From positions 117,624 to 181,623 of the forward strand of contig JAUQQM010000001.1 of the NCBI GenBank assembly GCA_030549895.1: a DNA stretch of 64,000 nt. The letters run 5' to 3'. This stretch comes from Patescibacteria group bacterium (GTDB lineage Bacteria; Patescibacteriota; Minisyncoccia; UBA6257; HR35). Below the pieces are notes generated by a model. That model saw only the letters and a list, made by a program, of their open reading frames with translations. It was not told where the DNA came from and did no database searches. A program made the translations under genes and the position numbers. Position 1 is the first letter of the stretch. The number at the start of each line of letters is the position of its first letter. Shown here one piece after another: positions 1-9,983 of this stretch.

Positions 1-1706
1 AATTTCAAGTGATTGGAGCTACAACCTATCATGACTATAAAATTTATATCGAAAAGGATCCTGCTTTTGAGAGAAGATTCCAACCAGTTTATGTTGAAGA
101 ACCGTCAGTTGATGAAGCGATAGCTATTTTAAGAGGACTTAAAGAAAAATATGAAGTTTATCATGGAGTAAAAATCTCAGACTCAGCTGTTATTGCTGCT
201 GTTAATCTTTCTGTAAGATATATTACTCAAAGATTTTTACCTGATAAAGCAATAGATTTAATAGACGAAGCTGCTGCAGCTCTTAAACTTGAAAGAGAAA
301 GTACTCCTACAGAAATAGATAATCTTCAGAGAAAACTTAAAATGCTTGAGATTCAAAAAGAAGTTATTTCAAAGGAAGAAGGAAGGCAGCAAGAACTTAA
401 AAAAATAGAAAGAGAAATAAAAAAGATTAAAAAGGATCTTGATAAAATGATCAAAATTTTTAATGAGGAAAAGGAAGTTGTAGCCAAAATTAGTGAGCTT
501 AAGATGCATATTGAAAATCTTAAAGAGGATGCTAGAGAAGCTGAAAGAAATAGTGATTTTGGGAGAGTTGCTGAAATTCTCTATGGCGAACTTCCATACT
601 ATCAAAAGAAATTAGAAGAACTAGAGAAGTTTCTTGAAAATAAAAAAATGAAATTTTTAAAAGATCAAGTAACTGACGAAGATGTTGCTAAAGTAGTTTC
701 TCGTTGGACAGGTATTCCAGTTGCTAAACTAATGGAAAGTGAAGCTCAAAGACTTGCTCGAGCTGAGATAGAACTTAAAAAGAGGGTTGTTGGTCAAGAT
801 GAAGCTATTGAAGCAGTAGCTAATGCCCTCCGTCGAGCTAGAGCAGGTCTTGCTGATGAAGATAGACCCCTTGCTTCATTTTTATTTTTAGGGCCAACAG
901 GTGTAGGTAAGACAGAACTTGCTAGAGCCCTTACTGAATTTATGTTCAACGATGAAAAAGTTATGATAAGACTAGATATGTCAGAATATATGGAACCACA
1001 TTCAGTAGCCAAACTTATTGGTTCTCCTCCTGGTTATGTTGGTTATGAAGAAGGTGGTCAACTTACAGAAATTATAAAACATCGACCATATAGCTTGATT
1101 CTCTTTGATGAAATTGAGAAAGCTCATCCAGATGTTTTTAACATTTTACTTCAAGTCCTTGATAATGGTAGACTAACTGATGCTAAAGGAAGGACAGTGA
1201 ACTTTAAAAATACAATTATCATAATGACTTCAAATTTAGGTTCTCAGTATCTTACTAAAAGTTCTACTTTAGGATTTTCTTATGAAGAAGAGAGAAAGGA
1301 ATTTAGTTTTCAGGAATATAAAGACAAAGTTCTTTCAAGTATAAAAGAATTCTTTAGACCGGAATTTTTAAACAGAATAGATGAAATTATAGTTTTCAAA
1401 CCACTTACAAAAGAAGATCTTTCAAAAATTGTAGATATTCAAATAGAAAAATTAGCAAAAAGACTTAAAGAAAAAAACAATATTGAAATAAAAATTGACG
1501 AAAAGACGAAAGAAATATTAATCAAAAAAGGATTTAGTCCTGAATATGGGGCAAGACCTCTTAAAAGAATAATTCAAAAACTTATTGTAGATCCGCTTGC
1601 CCAAAGACTTATTAATAAAGAAATAAAACCAGGAATGCCACTTCTTTTAAAAGGAGAAAAAGATAAAATTTTAATTTTACCAGCAAAAAATGATAGAAAG
1701 AGTTAA
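1..1706 (+). CDS. clpB: ClpB-type AAA+ disaggregase, C-terminal part (5' end lies outside the window)
   Basis: The frame is open from the window edge. It shows the end of NBD1, a long charged coiled-coil middle domain, and NBD2 with Walker A GPTGVGKTE, Walker B ILFDEIEKAH and sensor GARPLKR. Confidence 0.9.
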   Translation, partial: FQVIGATTYHDYKIYIEKDPAFERRFQPVYVEEPSVDEAIAILRGLKEKYEVYHGVKISDSAVIAAVNLSVRYITQRFLPDKAIDLIDEAAAALKLERESTPTEIDNLQRKLKMLEIQKEVISKEEGRQQELKKIEREIKKIKKDLDKMIKIFNEEKEVVAKISELKMHIENLKEDAREAERNSDFGRVAEILYGELPYYQKKLEELEKFLENKKMKFLKDQVTDEDVAKVVSRWTGIPVAKLMESEAQRLARAEIELKKRVVGQDEAIEAVANALRRARAGLADEDRPLASFLFLGPTGVGKTELARALTEFMFNDEKVMIRLDMSEYMEPHSVAKLIGSPPGYVGYEEGGQLTEIIKHRPYSLILFDEIEKAHPDVFNILLQVLDNGRLTDAKGRTVNFKNTIIIMTSNLGSQYLTKSSTLGFSYEEERKEFSFQEYKDKVLSSIKEFFRPEFLNRIDEIIVFKPLTKEDLSKIVDIQIEKLAKRLKEKNNIEIKIDEKTKEILIKKGFSPEYGARPLKRIIQKLIVDPLAQRLINKEIKPGMPLLLKGEKDKILILPAKNDRKS

Positions 1707-1860
1707 AAAATATATCTCAGAGTCAGTTAATGAACTGAAAAAAGTTAATTGGCTTTCGAAAAACGAAGTTTTGAGTTTTTCTTTAAAAGTTATCATTTTT
1801 TCTCTTTTAATGGCCTTGATTTTAGGTATCTTTGATGCTATAATATTAAATATTTATTAA
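1690..1860 (+). CDS. secE: Preprotein translocase subunit SecE (56 aa; too short for the ORF track)
   Basis: My translation is MIERVKKYISESVNELKKVNWLSKNEVLSFSLKVIIFSLLMALILGIFDAIILNIY. It has the SecE-like ELKKVxW motif plus one C-terminal TM helix. It sits in the canonical position just upstream of nusG. Confidence 0.8.
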   Translation: MIERVKKYISESVNELKKVNWLSKNEVLSFSLKVIIFSLLMALILGIFDAIILNIY

Positions 1861-1863
1861 ACT

Positions 1864-2406
1864 ATGGCAAAACAAAAAATAAACTTAGGGAGAAATTGGT
1901 ATGCTGTTCATGTTGTTAATGGTTTTGAAGAAGTTGTTGCTGAATCTATTTTGAAAAGAGCAAAAGATTTTGATATGGAGGATAAAATTTTCAACGCTCT
2001 TGTTCCTAAAGAAAAGAAAGTAAAAATAAGAAAAAATAAAAAAGAGATTGTAGAAGAGAAAATGTATCCTGGTTATGTTTTAGTTGATATGATTGTTACT
2101 GATGAGAGTTGGTATCTTATAAGGAATACTCCAAATGTAACTGGTTTTGTTGGGACAGGAACTACACCAATTCCCATAGAAAAAGCAGAGATAGAAGAAA
2201 TTTTTAAAAGAATGAAACAGGAACCAGTTATTGAGTTTGATTTTCAAATTAATGACATGGTTAAAATAATAGAAGGCCCTCTTAAGGATTTCGAGGGCAA
2301 AATTGTAGATATAGATCAAAGTAAAGGTAAATTAAAGATTTTAGTTAATATTTTCAATAGAGAGACTCCTGTTGAAGTGAATATTTATCAAGTTAAAAAA
2401 ATATGA
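1864..2406 (+). CDS. nusG: Transcription termination/antitermination factor NusG
   Basis: It has an NGN domain (WYAVHVVNGFEE) and a C-terminal KOW motif (DMVKIIEGPLKDFEGKIVDID). It is syntenic with secE and rplK. Confidence 0.9.
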   Translation: MAKQKINLGRNWYAVHVVNGFEEVVAESILKRAKDFDMEDKIFNALVPKEKKVKIRKNKKEIVEEKMYPGYVLVDMIVTDESWYLIRNTPNVTGFVGTGTTPIPIEKAEIEEIFKRMKQEPVIEFDFQINDMVKIIEGPLKDFEGKIVDIDQSKGKLKILVNIFNRETPVEVNIYQVKKI

Positions 2407-2828
2407 CAGACAAAAAAATAAAAGCAAGAATAAAACTTTTAATTCCAGGAGGGCAGGCAACGCCAGCTCCACCTATTGGTTCTAATTTAGCTCCATATGG
2501 AGTTAATCTTCAAGAATTTTGTAAACAATTTAACGATAAAACTCGTCAAAGGCAAGGAGAAATTTTCAGGGTAATAGTGAATGTATATGAGGATAAAACC
2601 TTTAATTTTCAGATAAAAGAAGCTCCAGTTAGTTTTCTTTTAAAACAATATGCAAAAATAGAGAAAGGATCAAAAGATTCTTCAATTGTTGCCCGAGTTA
2701 CAATGGATCAAGTAAAAGAAATTGCAAAAAGAAAGATTAAAGATTTTAATACTCAAGATCTAGAAAAGGCTGTAAAAATGATTTTAGGTACTGCCCGTTC
2801 AATGGGCATTGAGGTTGTCGAAAAATGA
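2403..2828 (+). CDS. rplK: 50S ribosomal protein L11
   Basis: The L11 signature PGGQATPAPPIGSNLAPYGVN is present. Its start overlaps the nusG stop as ATGA. Confidence 0.95.
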   Translation: MTDKKIKARIKLLIPGGQATPAPPIGSNLAPYGVNLQEFCKQFNDKTRQRQGEIFRVIVNVYEDKTFNFQIKEAPVSFLLKQYAKIEKGSKDSSIVARVTMDQVKEIAKRKIKDFNTQDLEKAVKMILGTARSMGIEVVEK

Positions 2829-3400
2829 TTTTAATCTTTGAAGGTATTGATGGAAGTGGCAAAACAACCCAAATAAAATTACTTTCTAAAGAGCTTAGAA
2901 AAAGGAAAATAAAGTACTATCTTACTAAAGAGCCAAAAGAACCATTAAGAAGTGTTATTTTAAAAAATAAATTTCACCCTTTAGTTTATTTTTTTCTGTT
3001 TAACGCCGATAGAGCAAGGAATTTTCTTCAAATTAGAAAATATTTAAAAAAGAAATATTGGATTTTAATAGACAGGTCCTTTCCTTCAACTTTTGCTTAT
3101 CAGTGGGCCTTAGGAGGACTAGATAAGGTTATAGATAAAAAACTTCTTTTAAAAATAAACAAGATTTCAACTTTTTCTCTTTATCCAGATAAAGTTTTTA
3201 TCTTTGATCTTCCAGCAGAAATTGCTTATAGTCGACTTAAAAAAGAAAACATTTTCGAAGATAAAAGTTTGAATTATTTTAAGAAATTAAGAAAAGTATA
3301 CTTAAAATTGAGTAAAATTTTTAAATGGCATGTTATTGATAGTTCAAAAAGTAAAGAAGAAGTCTTTGAAGAGGTTAAAAAAATCTTAAAACTATGTTAA
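2825..3400 (+). CDS. tmk: Thymidylate kinase
   Basis: The N-terminal P-loop FEGIDGSGKTTQ is present, and the length (191 aa) and DR..S motif are typical of Tmk. Confidence 0.8.
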   Translation: MILIFEGIDGSGKTTQIKLLSKELRKRKIKYYLTKEPKEPLRSVILKNKFHPLVYFFLFNADRARNFLQIRKYLKKKYWILIDRSFPSTFAYQWALGGLDKVIDKKLLLKINKISTFSLYPDKVFIFDLPAEIAYSRLKKENIFEDKSLNYFKKLRKVYLKLSKIFKWHVIDSSKSKEEVFEEVKKILKLC

Positions 3401-4788
3401 TACCAAAAATTGGTCTTGAAATTCATACAGAAGTTAAAACGAAAAGCAAGATGTTTTGCTCTTGTCCTAATACTTTTGAAAGTCAGCCTAACAGGTTTAT
3501 TTGTCCTGTTTGTACTGGTCAACCAGGGGCTTTACCAACAATTAACAAGCAAGCTGTTTTTCTTACTCTCAAACTTGGGCTTGCTCTTGGTGGTAAGATA
3601 AATTATAAAACTTATTTTGTAAGAAAAAATTATTACTATCCAGATCTTCCGAAAAACTATCAAATATCTCAATATGAACTTCCTTTTGTTGAGGGCGGTA
3701 TTGTTAAATTTTTTTTAGACGGAAAAGAAACTGAAGTTTTCCTTAAAAGAATCCATTTAGAAGAGGATGCTGGAAGGCTTATTCATTTTGGAGATTTTTC
3801 TCTTATAGATTTTAATAGAGCAGGAGCCCCTTTAATAGAAATTGTTACTCTACCATGTTTAAGAACTTCAGAACAGGCAAAGATGTTTGCCCAAGAACTT
3901 ATTCTTATTTTGAGATATTTAAATATCTCTGAAGCAAATCCAGAAAAAGGGCAAATAAGATTTGAAGCAAACATTTCTGTTGGACCTAATGATGAACTTG
4001 GTACTAGAGTTGAAGTTAAAAATTTAAATTCTTTGAAATCTTTAAAAGAAGCTATCGATTATGAAATAGAAAGACAAATTAATCTTATAAAGAAAGGAGA
4101 AAAAGTAGTTCAAGAAACTCGTGGTTGGGATGAAGTAAAAAGAATAACTTTTGTCCAAAGAGAAAAAGAGGAAGCTCAAGACTATCGCTATTTTCCAGAA
4201 CCAGATCTTGTTCCTTTAGATCTTACAGGTCTTGAACTTGAAAGAGAAAAATTACCTTTTGAGCTAAGAAAAGAACTTATAGAAGAATATGGACTTTCTT
4301 ATAAGGAGTCAGAAATTCTTATTTGGGAACCATGGGCCTTGGATTTTTTTAAAAAAACAGCCTCCTCTTTCCAAAAAAACTCTGAAGCTATAAAACAAAT
4401 CTTTAACTATCTTACGACAGATATTTTCTCTCTTTACCAGACTTATAGAGAAAATAAAGTTACTCCAGAAGATTTTAAAACTTTAATTGATTTAAATCTT
4501 AAAGGGAAAATTTCTTCAAGAATATTTAAAGAAATTTTACAAAAAATTTTTAAAGGAGAAAAATTAAATGAACTTTTAAATATTTATCAAAAAATAACTG
4601 ATCCTCAAGAAATAGAAAAAATTTTAAAAGACGTCATCAAGGAAAATCAAAGCGCTGTCCAGGACTATAAAAAGGGTAAGATTAACTCTTTTGAATTTAT
4701 AATAGGTCAGGCTATGAAAATGACTTCAGGTAAAATAGACCCAAATTTAGCGCGAAAAGTGTTAAAAGATTTATTAGATAATCTTTAG
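3394..4788 (+). CDS. gatB: Asp/Glu-tRNA amidotransferase subunit B
   Basis: The GatB N-terminus is present (IGLEIHTEV.T.SKMFCSC, Cys cluster, QISQYELPF, HLEEDAG), followed by a C-terminal GatB/YqeY-like tail. Confidence 0.9.
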   Translation: MLIPKIGLEIHTEVKTKSKMFCSCPNTFESQPNRFICPVCTGQPGALPTINKQAVFLTLKLGLALGGKINYKTYFVRKNYYYPDLPKNYQISQYELPFVEGGIVKFFLDGKETEVFLKRIHLEEDAGRLIHFGDFSLIDFNRAGAPLIEIVTLPCLRTSEQAKMFAQELILILRYLNISEANPEKGQIRFEANISVGPNDELGTRVEVKNLNSLKSLKEAIDYEIERQINLIKKGEKVVQETRGWDEVKRITFVQREKEEAQDYRYFPEPDLVPLDLTGLELEREKLPFELRKELIEEYGLSYKESEILIWEPWALDFFKKTASSFQKNSEAIKQIFNYLTTDIFSLYQTYRENKVTPEDFKTLIDLNLKGKISSRIFKEILQKIFKGEKLNELLNIYQKITDPQEIEKILKDVIKENQSAVQDYKKGKINSFEFIIGQAMKMTSGKIDPNLARKVLKDLLDNL

Positions 4789-4790
4789 AA

Positions 4791-5060
4791 TTAGCTTTGA
4801 GATTTAATTTTGTTTAAAAGTTTAGAATATCTGCTTTTAAGTCTTGCTGCCTTGTTTTTATGAATAACATTTCTTTTAGCTGCTTTATCTAAGGCTTTAA
4901 AAACTAAACTTAGCTGTTTTTCTGCTTCTTGAATTTTATTTTCCTCGATTAATTTTTTAAATTCTTTTACTGCTTTTTTGATAGCTTCTTTTCTTTTTAG
5001 ATTTCTTTCTCTTCTTTTAAGACTTTTTCTTAACTCTTTTTTTGCTGATTTCGTTTTCAT
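4791..5060 (-). CDS. rpsT: 30S ribosomal protein S20
   Basis: This is an 89-aa, highly basic helical protein. Its N-terminal KSAKK..RKS..RRERN pattern and AARLKSR near the C-terminus are typical of S20. Confidence 0.8.
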   Translation of the reverse strand: MKTKSAKKELRKSLKRRERNLKRKEAIKKAVKEFKKLIEENKIQEAEKQLSLVFKALDKAAKRNVIHKNKAARLKSRYSKLLNKIKSQS

Positions 5061-5080
5061 ACTTTAAATTTTAACATAAT

Positions 5081-6115
5081 TTATTGATTCTTAAATTCCT
5101 CAAGTAATTTTTTAAGATCTTTTGGAATTTTTGGAAATTGAGGTTCAAGATAGACAAGTAAATCTCCTCTACCAGATTTTGTTGGAAAGCCATAATTTTT
5201 AATTATTATAGGGTTTGAAATTGAAGTTTCTGGATCAATTTTATATTTTATTGTGCTTCCTTCAAGAGTAGGTATTTCTATTTCTCCCCCAAACCAAATT
5301 TTAAGAATATTAACCTTTACTTTTGTTTTTAAATCTCTACCTACTTTTTCAAAAATATCATCTTTTTTTAGTTTTATTCTTATTAAAAGATCTCCTGGTG
5401 GAGCTCCTTTTGGTCCAGCATCACCTTCGCCAATAAATTTTACTATACTTTCTTCTTCTACACCTGGAGGGATTTGGAGTTTTAGGGGTGTGATCTTTTT
5501 TACTATTCCCCGACCTTGGCATTTTGGACAGTAAGTTTCAGGTATTTTTCCACTCCCCTCGCATATTGGGCAGGTTGTTATTTGGGTCAGAGAACCAAAA
5601 ATAAATGATTTTACCTCTTTAATTTTTCCGCTTCCATTACATTTTGTACAAATTTTGTATTTTCCTTCTTTTGCTCCAGTTCCTTGGCAGTCAGGACAGA
5701 TAACGAATCTTTCAATATTTATTGTTTTTTCTGTTCCAAAAGCAGCTTCTTTAAGAGTAAGGTAAAGTTCTACATTTATATTTCCTCCTTTTTCTTTTTG
5801 TGGCTTTTTCTTAAATCCAAAAAGATTTTCAAATATCTCATCTAATCCTAAAGTAGAGAAATCCTCAAAGAAGCTATCAAAAAAGTCTGTACCAATAGTT
5901 CCCGGAGAAAAACCGAATCTTCTTTGTTGATCATACATTGCTCTTTTTCTTTTATCAGAAAGAACTTGATAAGCTTCGTTTATTTTTTTGAATTTTTCAG
6001 CATCTCCTGTAGGAGAGTCTGGGTGGTATTTTTTTGCTAAACGCCAAAAAGCTTTTTTTATTTCTTCTTCACTAGCATCAGGTGGCACTCCTAATATTTC
6101 ATAATAATCTTCCAT
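5081..6115 (-). CDS. dnaJ: Chaperone DnaJ (type I, four CxxCxGxG zinc-finger repeats)
   Basis: It has a J domain with the HPD tripeptide (KKYHPD) and four zinc repeats ([32 protein letters not shown]). Confidence 0.9.
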   Translation of the reverse strand: MEDYYEILGVPPDASEEEIKKAFWRLAKKYHPDSPTGDAEKFKKINEAYQVLSDKRKRAMYDQQRRFGFSPGTIGTDFFDSFFEDFSTLGLDEIFENLFGFKKKPQKEKGGNINVELYLTLKEAAFGTEKTINIERFVICPDCQGTGAKEGKYKICTKCNGSGKIKEVKSFIFGSLTQITTCPICEGSGKIPETYCPKCQGRGIVKKITPLKLQIPPGVEEESIVKFIGEGDAGPKGAPPGDLLIRIKLKKDDIFEKVGRDLKTKVKVNILKIWFGGEIEIPTLEGSTIKYKIDPETSISNPIIIKNYGFPTKSGRGDLLVYLEPQFPKIPKDLKKLLEEFKNQ

Positions 6116-6122
6116 AAAATAT

Positions 6123-6130
6123 ATTATAAT
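6123..6130. promoter_or_regulatory. Overlapping back-to-back -10 boxes for dnaJ (minus strand, 6123-6128) and tRNA-Val (plus strand, 6125-6130)
   Basis: The sequence ATTATAAT reads as TATAAT on both strands. It lies 7 nt from the dnaJ ATG (6115) and 7 nt from the tRNA 5' end (6138). Confidence 0.5.
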
Positions 6131-6137
6131 TTAACTT

Positions 6138-6210
6138 GGGTGGTTAGCTCAATTGGTAGAGCACTGGCGTCACATGCCAGGGGTTAGAGGTTCAAGTCCT
6201 CTACCACCCA
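6138..6210 (+). tRNA. tRNA-Val (anticodon CAC)
   Basis: I folded the cloverleaf by hand. The acceptor is GGGTGGT/ACCACCC, the D loop contains GG, the anticodon loop is GTCACAT and the T loop is TTCAAGT. Length is 73 nt with no encoded CCA. Confidence 0.85.
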
Positions 6211-6292
6211 CACAAATTTTATAGTATAATTAAATATAATTACTCCTTTTGGACTTTGACTTTCTAAAAGATTAGAGGATTTTAATTATTTA

Positions 6293-6301
6293 TGTTATAA
6301 T
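6293..6301 (+). promoter_or_regulatory. Extended -10 box TGTTATAAT upstream of rpsL
   Basis: TGnTATAAT lies 10 nt upstream of the rpsL ATG, with no Shine-Dalgarno sequence between them. Confidence 0.55.
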
Positions 6302-6311
6302 TTTTAACATT

Positions 6312-6719
6312 ATGCCAACAATAAATCAATTAGTCAGAAAAGGAAGAGAGAAAATTAAAAAGAAATCAAAAGCAGTAGCCCTTCTTTATCATTACAATAG
6401 CCTTAAAAAAAAGCTTTATTATCTACCTTCACCTTTTAAAAGAGGGGTTTGTGTTAGGGTTTATACAACAACTCCCAAAAAACCAAATTCAGCCTTAAGA
6501 AAAGTTGCTCGTGTAAGACTTTCAAATGGTTTTGAAGTAACAGCTTATATTCCTGGCGAGGGGCATAATTTACAAGAACATTCAATTGTTCTTGTTCGTG
6601 GAGGAAGAGTTAAAGATCTTCCAGGAGTAAGATATCACATTGTAAGAGGTGTTTATGATACAAGTGGTGTTGAAGGTAGAAAACAACAAAGATCAAAATA
6701 TGGTGTTAAAAAAGGATAA
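6312..6719 (+). CDS. rpsL: 30S ribosomal protein S12
   Basis: It is near-identical to the conserved S12 core ([42 protein letters not shown]). It carries roughly 10 extra residues near the N-terminus relative to E. coli S12. Confidence 0.95.
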   Translation: MPTINQLVRKGREKIKKKSKAVALLYHYNSLKKKLYYLPSPFKRGVCVRVYTTTPKKPNSALRKVARVRLSNGFEVTAYIPGEGHNLQEHSIVLVRGGRVKDLPGVRYHIVRGVYDTSGVEGRKQQRSKYGVKKG

Positions 6720-6721
6720 AT

Positions 6722-7195
6722 ATGCCTAGGAAAAAGAGAAAAATTGAAAAAAGAGAAATTATACCTGATCCAGTTTTCAATAGCATTTATGTGACAAAGT
6801 TTATAAATTACTTAATGAAGGATGGTAAAAAAATGCTTGCTCAAAAAATATTTTATAAAGCTATGGAAAGGGTTAAAGAATTATCTGGTAAAGATCCATT
6901 AGAAGTTTTTAATACTGCTATTAAAAACTGCTCACCAGCTATGGAAGTTAGAGCTCGTCGTGTTGGTGGTGCTACTTATTTAGTACCCAGAGAAGTAAGA
7001 GTAAAAAGAAAATTTTTTTTAGCTTCCAAATGGATTATTGAAAGTGCTCGATCAAGAAAAGGAAAGCCAATGTTTGAAAAACTTGCTGAAGAATTTATTC
7101 AAGCCTTCAATCTTGAAGGTGAGGCAGTAAAAAAGAGAAAGGAATTAGAAAAAACAGCAGAAGCCAATAAAGCTTTTGCTCATTTTAACTGGTAA
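6722..7195 (+). CDS. rpsG: 30S ribosomal protein S7
   Basis: The S7 core is present (RRVGGATYLVP.EV, ANKAFAHF..W), and it sits in the str-operon position after rpsL. Confidence 0.95.
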   Translation: MPRKKRKIEKREIIPDPVFNSIYVTKFINYLMKDGKKMLAQKIFYKAMERVKELSGKDPLEVFNTAIKNCSPAMEVRARRVGGATYLVPREVRVKRKFFLASKWIIESARSRKGKPMFEKLAEEFIQAFNLEGEAVKKRKELEKTAEANKAFAHFNW

Positions 7196-7196
7196 A

Positions 7197-7267
7197 GGCG
7201 GGGTGGTGGAGTAGTACCACGCAGGTCTCATAAGCCTGAGACGCAGGTGCAAATCCTGCCCCCGCAA
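7197..7267 (+). tRNA. tRNA-Met (anticodon CAU), initiator-like, with an atypical D and T loop
   Basis: It aligns by eye to E. coli tRNA-fMet. Its acceptor is GGCGGGG...CCCCGCA-A with a 1:72 mismatch and its anticodon loop is CTCATAA. The D loop AGTAGTA lacks GG and the T loop is TGCAAAT rather than TTCAAAT. Confidence 0.65.
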
Positions 7268-7285
7268 CAAGTCTTTAAAGCTATC

Positions 7286-9391
7286 ATGAGAATTGTACCA
7301 TTAGAAAAATTAAGAAATATTGGAATAATAGCCCATATTGATGCAGGGAAAACTACAGTTACTGAAAGAATTCTTTATTATACTGGCCTTAAACATAAAA
7401 TTGGTGAAGTTCATGAAGGTGAAGCTACAATGGACTGGATGGTGCAAGAAAAAGAAAGAGGTATAACTATTACTGCTGCCTCTACTACTTGTTTTTGGTC
7501 TCAGACTTATAAACAATCAAAAGAAAAAGAATTTCAAATTAACATTATTGATACTCCTGGTCATATTGATTTTACAGCTGAGGTTGAAAGATCTTTAAGA
7601 GTTCTTGATGGGGCTGTTGTTGTTTTTGATGGTGTAGCTGGTGTAGAACCACAATCAGAAACTGTTTGGAGACAGGCAGATAAATACCGCGTTCCTAGAA
7701 TTTGTTTTATTAACAAACTTGATAGACTTGGTGCTGATTTTGATTTTGCTCTTAGCACTATTTGGAAAAAATTAACAGATAAAGCAATTGCTCTTCAAAT
7801 GCCAGTTGGTAAAGAGAGTGATTTTTGGGCAATAATAGATTTAATTCAGATGAAAATGTTTTCTTTTGAAGGGAAATACGGCGAAGAAATTAAAGTCCAT
7901 GAAATTCCTCAAGATCTTTTTCAAGAAGCTCAAGAGAAAAGACAATTTCTTTTAGAGAAAGTTGCTGAAAATGATGAAATTTTTATGGAAAAATTCTTTA
8001 GTGAAAGTTTTAATGAGCAAGATATAAGAGAAGCTATAAGAAGACAAACTTTAAACTATAATTTAGTTCCTGTTTTTCTTGGTTCAGCCCTGAAAAACAA
8101 AGGAATTCAATTACTTTTGGATGGTATTGTTGACTATCTTCCTTCACCCCTTGACCTTGGAACTATAAAAGGAGAGCATTTAAAAACAAAAGAAAAAATT
8201 GAAATTAAATTAAACGATGAAGAGCCGCTTACAGCTTTAGTTTTTAAAATAATGGTTGATCCTTATGTTGGAACATTAAGCTATATTAGAATTTACTCAG
8301 GAATTCTTAAAAGAGGTCAAACTGTTTTAAATGTAAGTAAAAATGAGGAAATAAGAATTGGAAGAATTGTAAGAATGCATGCTAACTTTAAAGAGGAGGT
8401 AGAAGAGCTTCATTCTGGTGATATTGGAGCTGTTGTTGGTCTTAAAAATTCTTCAACCGGTGATACTCTTTCTGATCCAAAGTTTCCAATTTTATTAGAA
8501 AAAATTCAATTTGCTGAACCAGTTATCTCTATGAAGATAGAGCCAAAAACAAAAGCTGATCAAGAAAAACTTGGTCTTGCTCTTAATGCTTTAGTTAATG
8601 AAGATCCTACCTTTAGAGTAACTCACAATCAAGAAACAATGGAAACTATAATTTCAGGTATGGGTGAGCTTCACCTTGAAATTAAAGTTGATCGTTTAAA
8701 AAGAGAATTTGGAATTGATGTTAACGTTGGCAAACCCCAAGTAGCTTATCGAGAAACTATCACCAAGACTGCCGAGGCAGAAGGAAAATATATTAGACAG
8801 TCTGGCGGAAGAGGACAGTACGGTCATGTCTGGCTAAGGGTAGAGCCACTTGAAAGGGGTAAACATTTTGAGTTTGTCAATGCCATAAAAGGAGGAATTA
8901 TACCCGATGAGTTTATACCAGCGATAGAAAAAGGAGTAAGAGAAGCTATGGAAAAAGGAGTATTAGCTGGTTTTCCTATATCTGATATAAGGGTGACAGT
9001 TTTTGATGGATCATTTCATGAAGTTGATTCTTCTGATTTTGCTTTTAGAATAGCTGGAGCGATTGCTCTTCAAGAAGCAGTAAAAAAAGCTGGTCTTGTT
9101 ATGTTAGAGCCAATTATGAAAATTTTCATCTATACTCCAGATGAATATTTAGGGGATGTAACTGGTGATTTTCTTTCTCGAAGAGGAAAAATAGAAAATA
9201 TAGAAACTCGTGAGAGTATTAAAATTATTGAAGGCTTAGTTCCTTTAGCCGAGATGTTTGGTTATGCTACTAGAATAAGATCTATAACTCAAGGAAGAGG
9301 TTTTTATAATATGGAGTTTTCTCATTATGACTTTGTTCCTCAAAATATTCAAAATGCTCTTATTGAAGAAAGAGTTGCGGCAAGGAAATAA
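7286..9391 (+). CDS. fusA: Elongation factor G
   Basis: It has a G domain ([21 protein letters not shown]) and full EF-G domain architecture. I moved the start to the ATG at 7286 because the track start at 7247 overlaps the tRNA. Confidence 0.95.
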   Translation: MRIVPLEKLRNIGIIAHIDAGKTTVTERILYYTGLKHKIGEVHEGEATMDWMVQEKERGITITAASTTCFWSQTYKQSKEKEFQINIIDTPGHIDFTAEVERSLRVLDGAVVVFDGVAGVEPQSETVWRQADKYRVPRICFINKLDRLGADFDFALSTIWKKLTDKAIALQMPVGKESDFWAIIDLIQMKMFSFEGKYGEEIKVHEIPQDLFQEAQEKRQFLLEKVAENDEIFMEKFFSESFNEQDIREAIRRQTLNYNLVPVFLGSALKNKGIQLLLDGIVDYLPSPLDLGTIKGEHLKTKEKIEIKLNDEEPLTALVFKIMVDPYVGTLSYIRIYSGILKRGQTVLNVSKNEEIRIGRIVRMHANFKEEVEELHSGDIGAVVGLKNSSTGDTLSDPKFPILLEKIQFAEPVISMKIEPKTKADQEKLGLALNALVNEDPTFRVTHNQETMETIISGMGELHLEIKVDRLKREFGIDVNVGKPQVAYRETITKTAEAEGKYIRQSGGRGQYGHVWLRVEPLERGKHFEFVNAIKGGIIPDEFIPAIEKGVREAMEKGVLAGFPISDIRVTVFDGSFHEVDSSDFAFRIAGAIALQEAVKKAGLVMLEPIMKIFIYTPDEYLGDVTGDFLSRRGKIENIETRESIKIIEGLVPLAEMFGYATRIRSITQGRGFYNMEFSHYDFVPQNIQNALIEERVAARK

Positions 9392-9983
9392 AGGTCAGAT
9401 TCTGATAGAAATTTTAATTATTATAGCTCTTTTTTCAATCCTTGCTTCAGGCCTTGCTCTCGTAAGTTCGGTTTCTGGTAAAGCTAAGACACTGGCCAAA
9501 ATAATAACTCAGGCAAGAGGTCTTAATCAACAATACAGAGAAGCGCTGGTTAATATTTCAGTTAACTCTTGGAATGATTTAGACAGCCTTGAAAAAAGTT
9601 CAACAACATTCTATTGGCTTTATCCAAGTTCAGGAAGATGGTATGTTACTTCAGGAAAAGAAATTTTTGATATTGATCAAGACAGAGTTGAAAGGTATTT
9701 TTTTATAGAGAAAGTTTGGAGAACTGTTCCCGAGAATCTTCCGACAACAACTCAAACTGCAAAACTAGATCCAGCTACTTTAAAGATAACTATAGTCACC
9801 AAGGTTAGAGATTTTAATTTCAAAGACGAAGTTTTTCTTTCAAGGTGGGTAAATACAGCTGTCTTTCAAAGTTCTTGGAGTGGTGGACCTGGCGTTGAAG
9901 GTCCTATAAATTATTTTTCTAATTTTTTCTTTACAAGTACAAACATAAACTATGGTGAAACAGAATTTAAGTTGGCAAAATAA
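9354..9983 (+). CDS. Prepilin-type (type IV pilin/pseudopilin-like) protein
   Basis: A short basic leader [14 protein letters not shown] is followed by QILIE and a hydrophobic helix, which gives G at -1 and E at +5. The start is chosen at 9354 and overlaps the fusA 3' end. Confidence 0.6.
   Translation: MLLLKKELRQGNKGQILIEILIIIALFSILASGLALVSSVSGKAKTLAKIITQARGLNQQYREALVNISVNSWNDLDSLEKSSTTFYWLYPSSGRWYVTSGKEIFDIDQDRVERYFFIEKVWRTVPENLPTTTQTAKLDPATLKITIVTKVRDFNFKDEVFLSRWVNTAVFQSSWSGGPGVEGPINYFSNFFFTSTNINYGETEFKLAK

Noticed and set aside
369-605. Many 60-120 aa ORFs lie antisense to, or out of frame within, long genes. Examples are 369-605, 794-1012, 2080-2319, 3410-3601, 5253-5534, 7310-7758, 24066-24371, 27992-28258, 43388-43750, 49926-50192 and 57265-57621.
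   Set aside because: Each lies wholly inside a well-supported conserved CDS and has low-complexity or odd composition. In AT-rich DNA such shadow ORFs are expected. Nothing suggests overlapping genes.
6312-6719. An extra ~10 residues near the N-terminus of ribosomal protein S12 ([19 protein letters not shown]).
   Set aside because: It lies in a region of S12 that tolerates length variation. Without an alignment to related genomes I cannot say it is unusual for the lineage.
7247-7285. The ORF-track N-terminal extensions of fusA (7247), rnj (11264), the beta-CASP nuclease (21272), htpX (60517), prfB (62531) and the HTH protein (15914).
   Set aside because: The extensions run through tRNA genes or through the neighbouring or divergent gene. 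They translate to non-homologous sequence, and internal ATGs give canonical N-termini preceded by TATAAT boxes.
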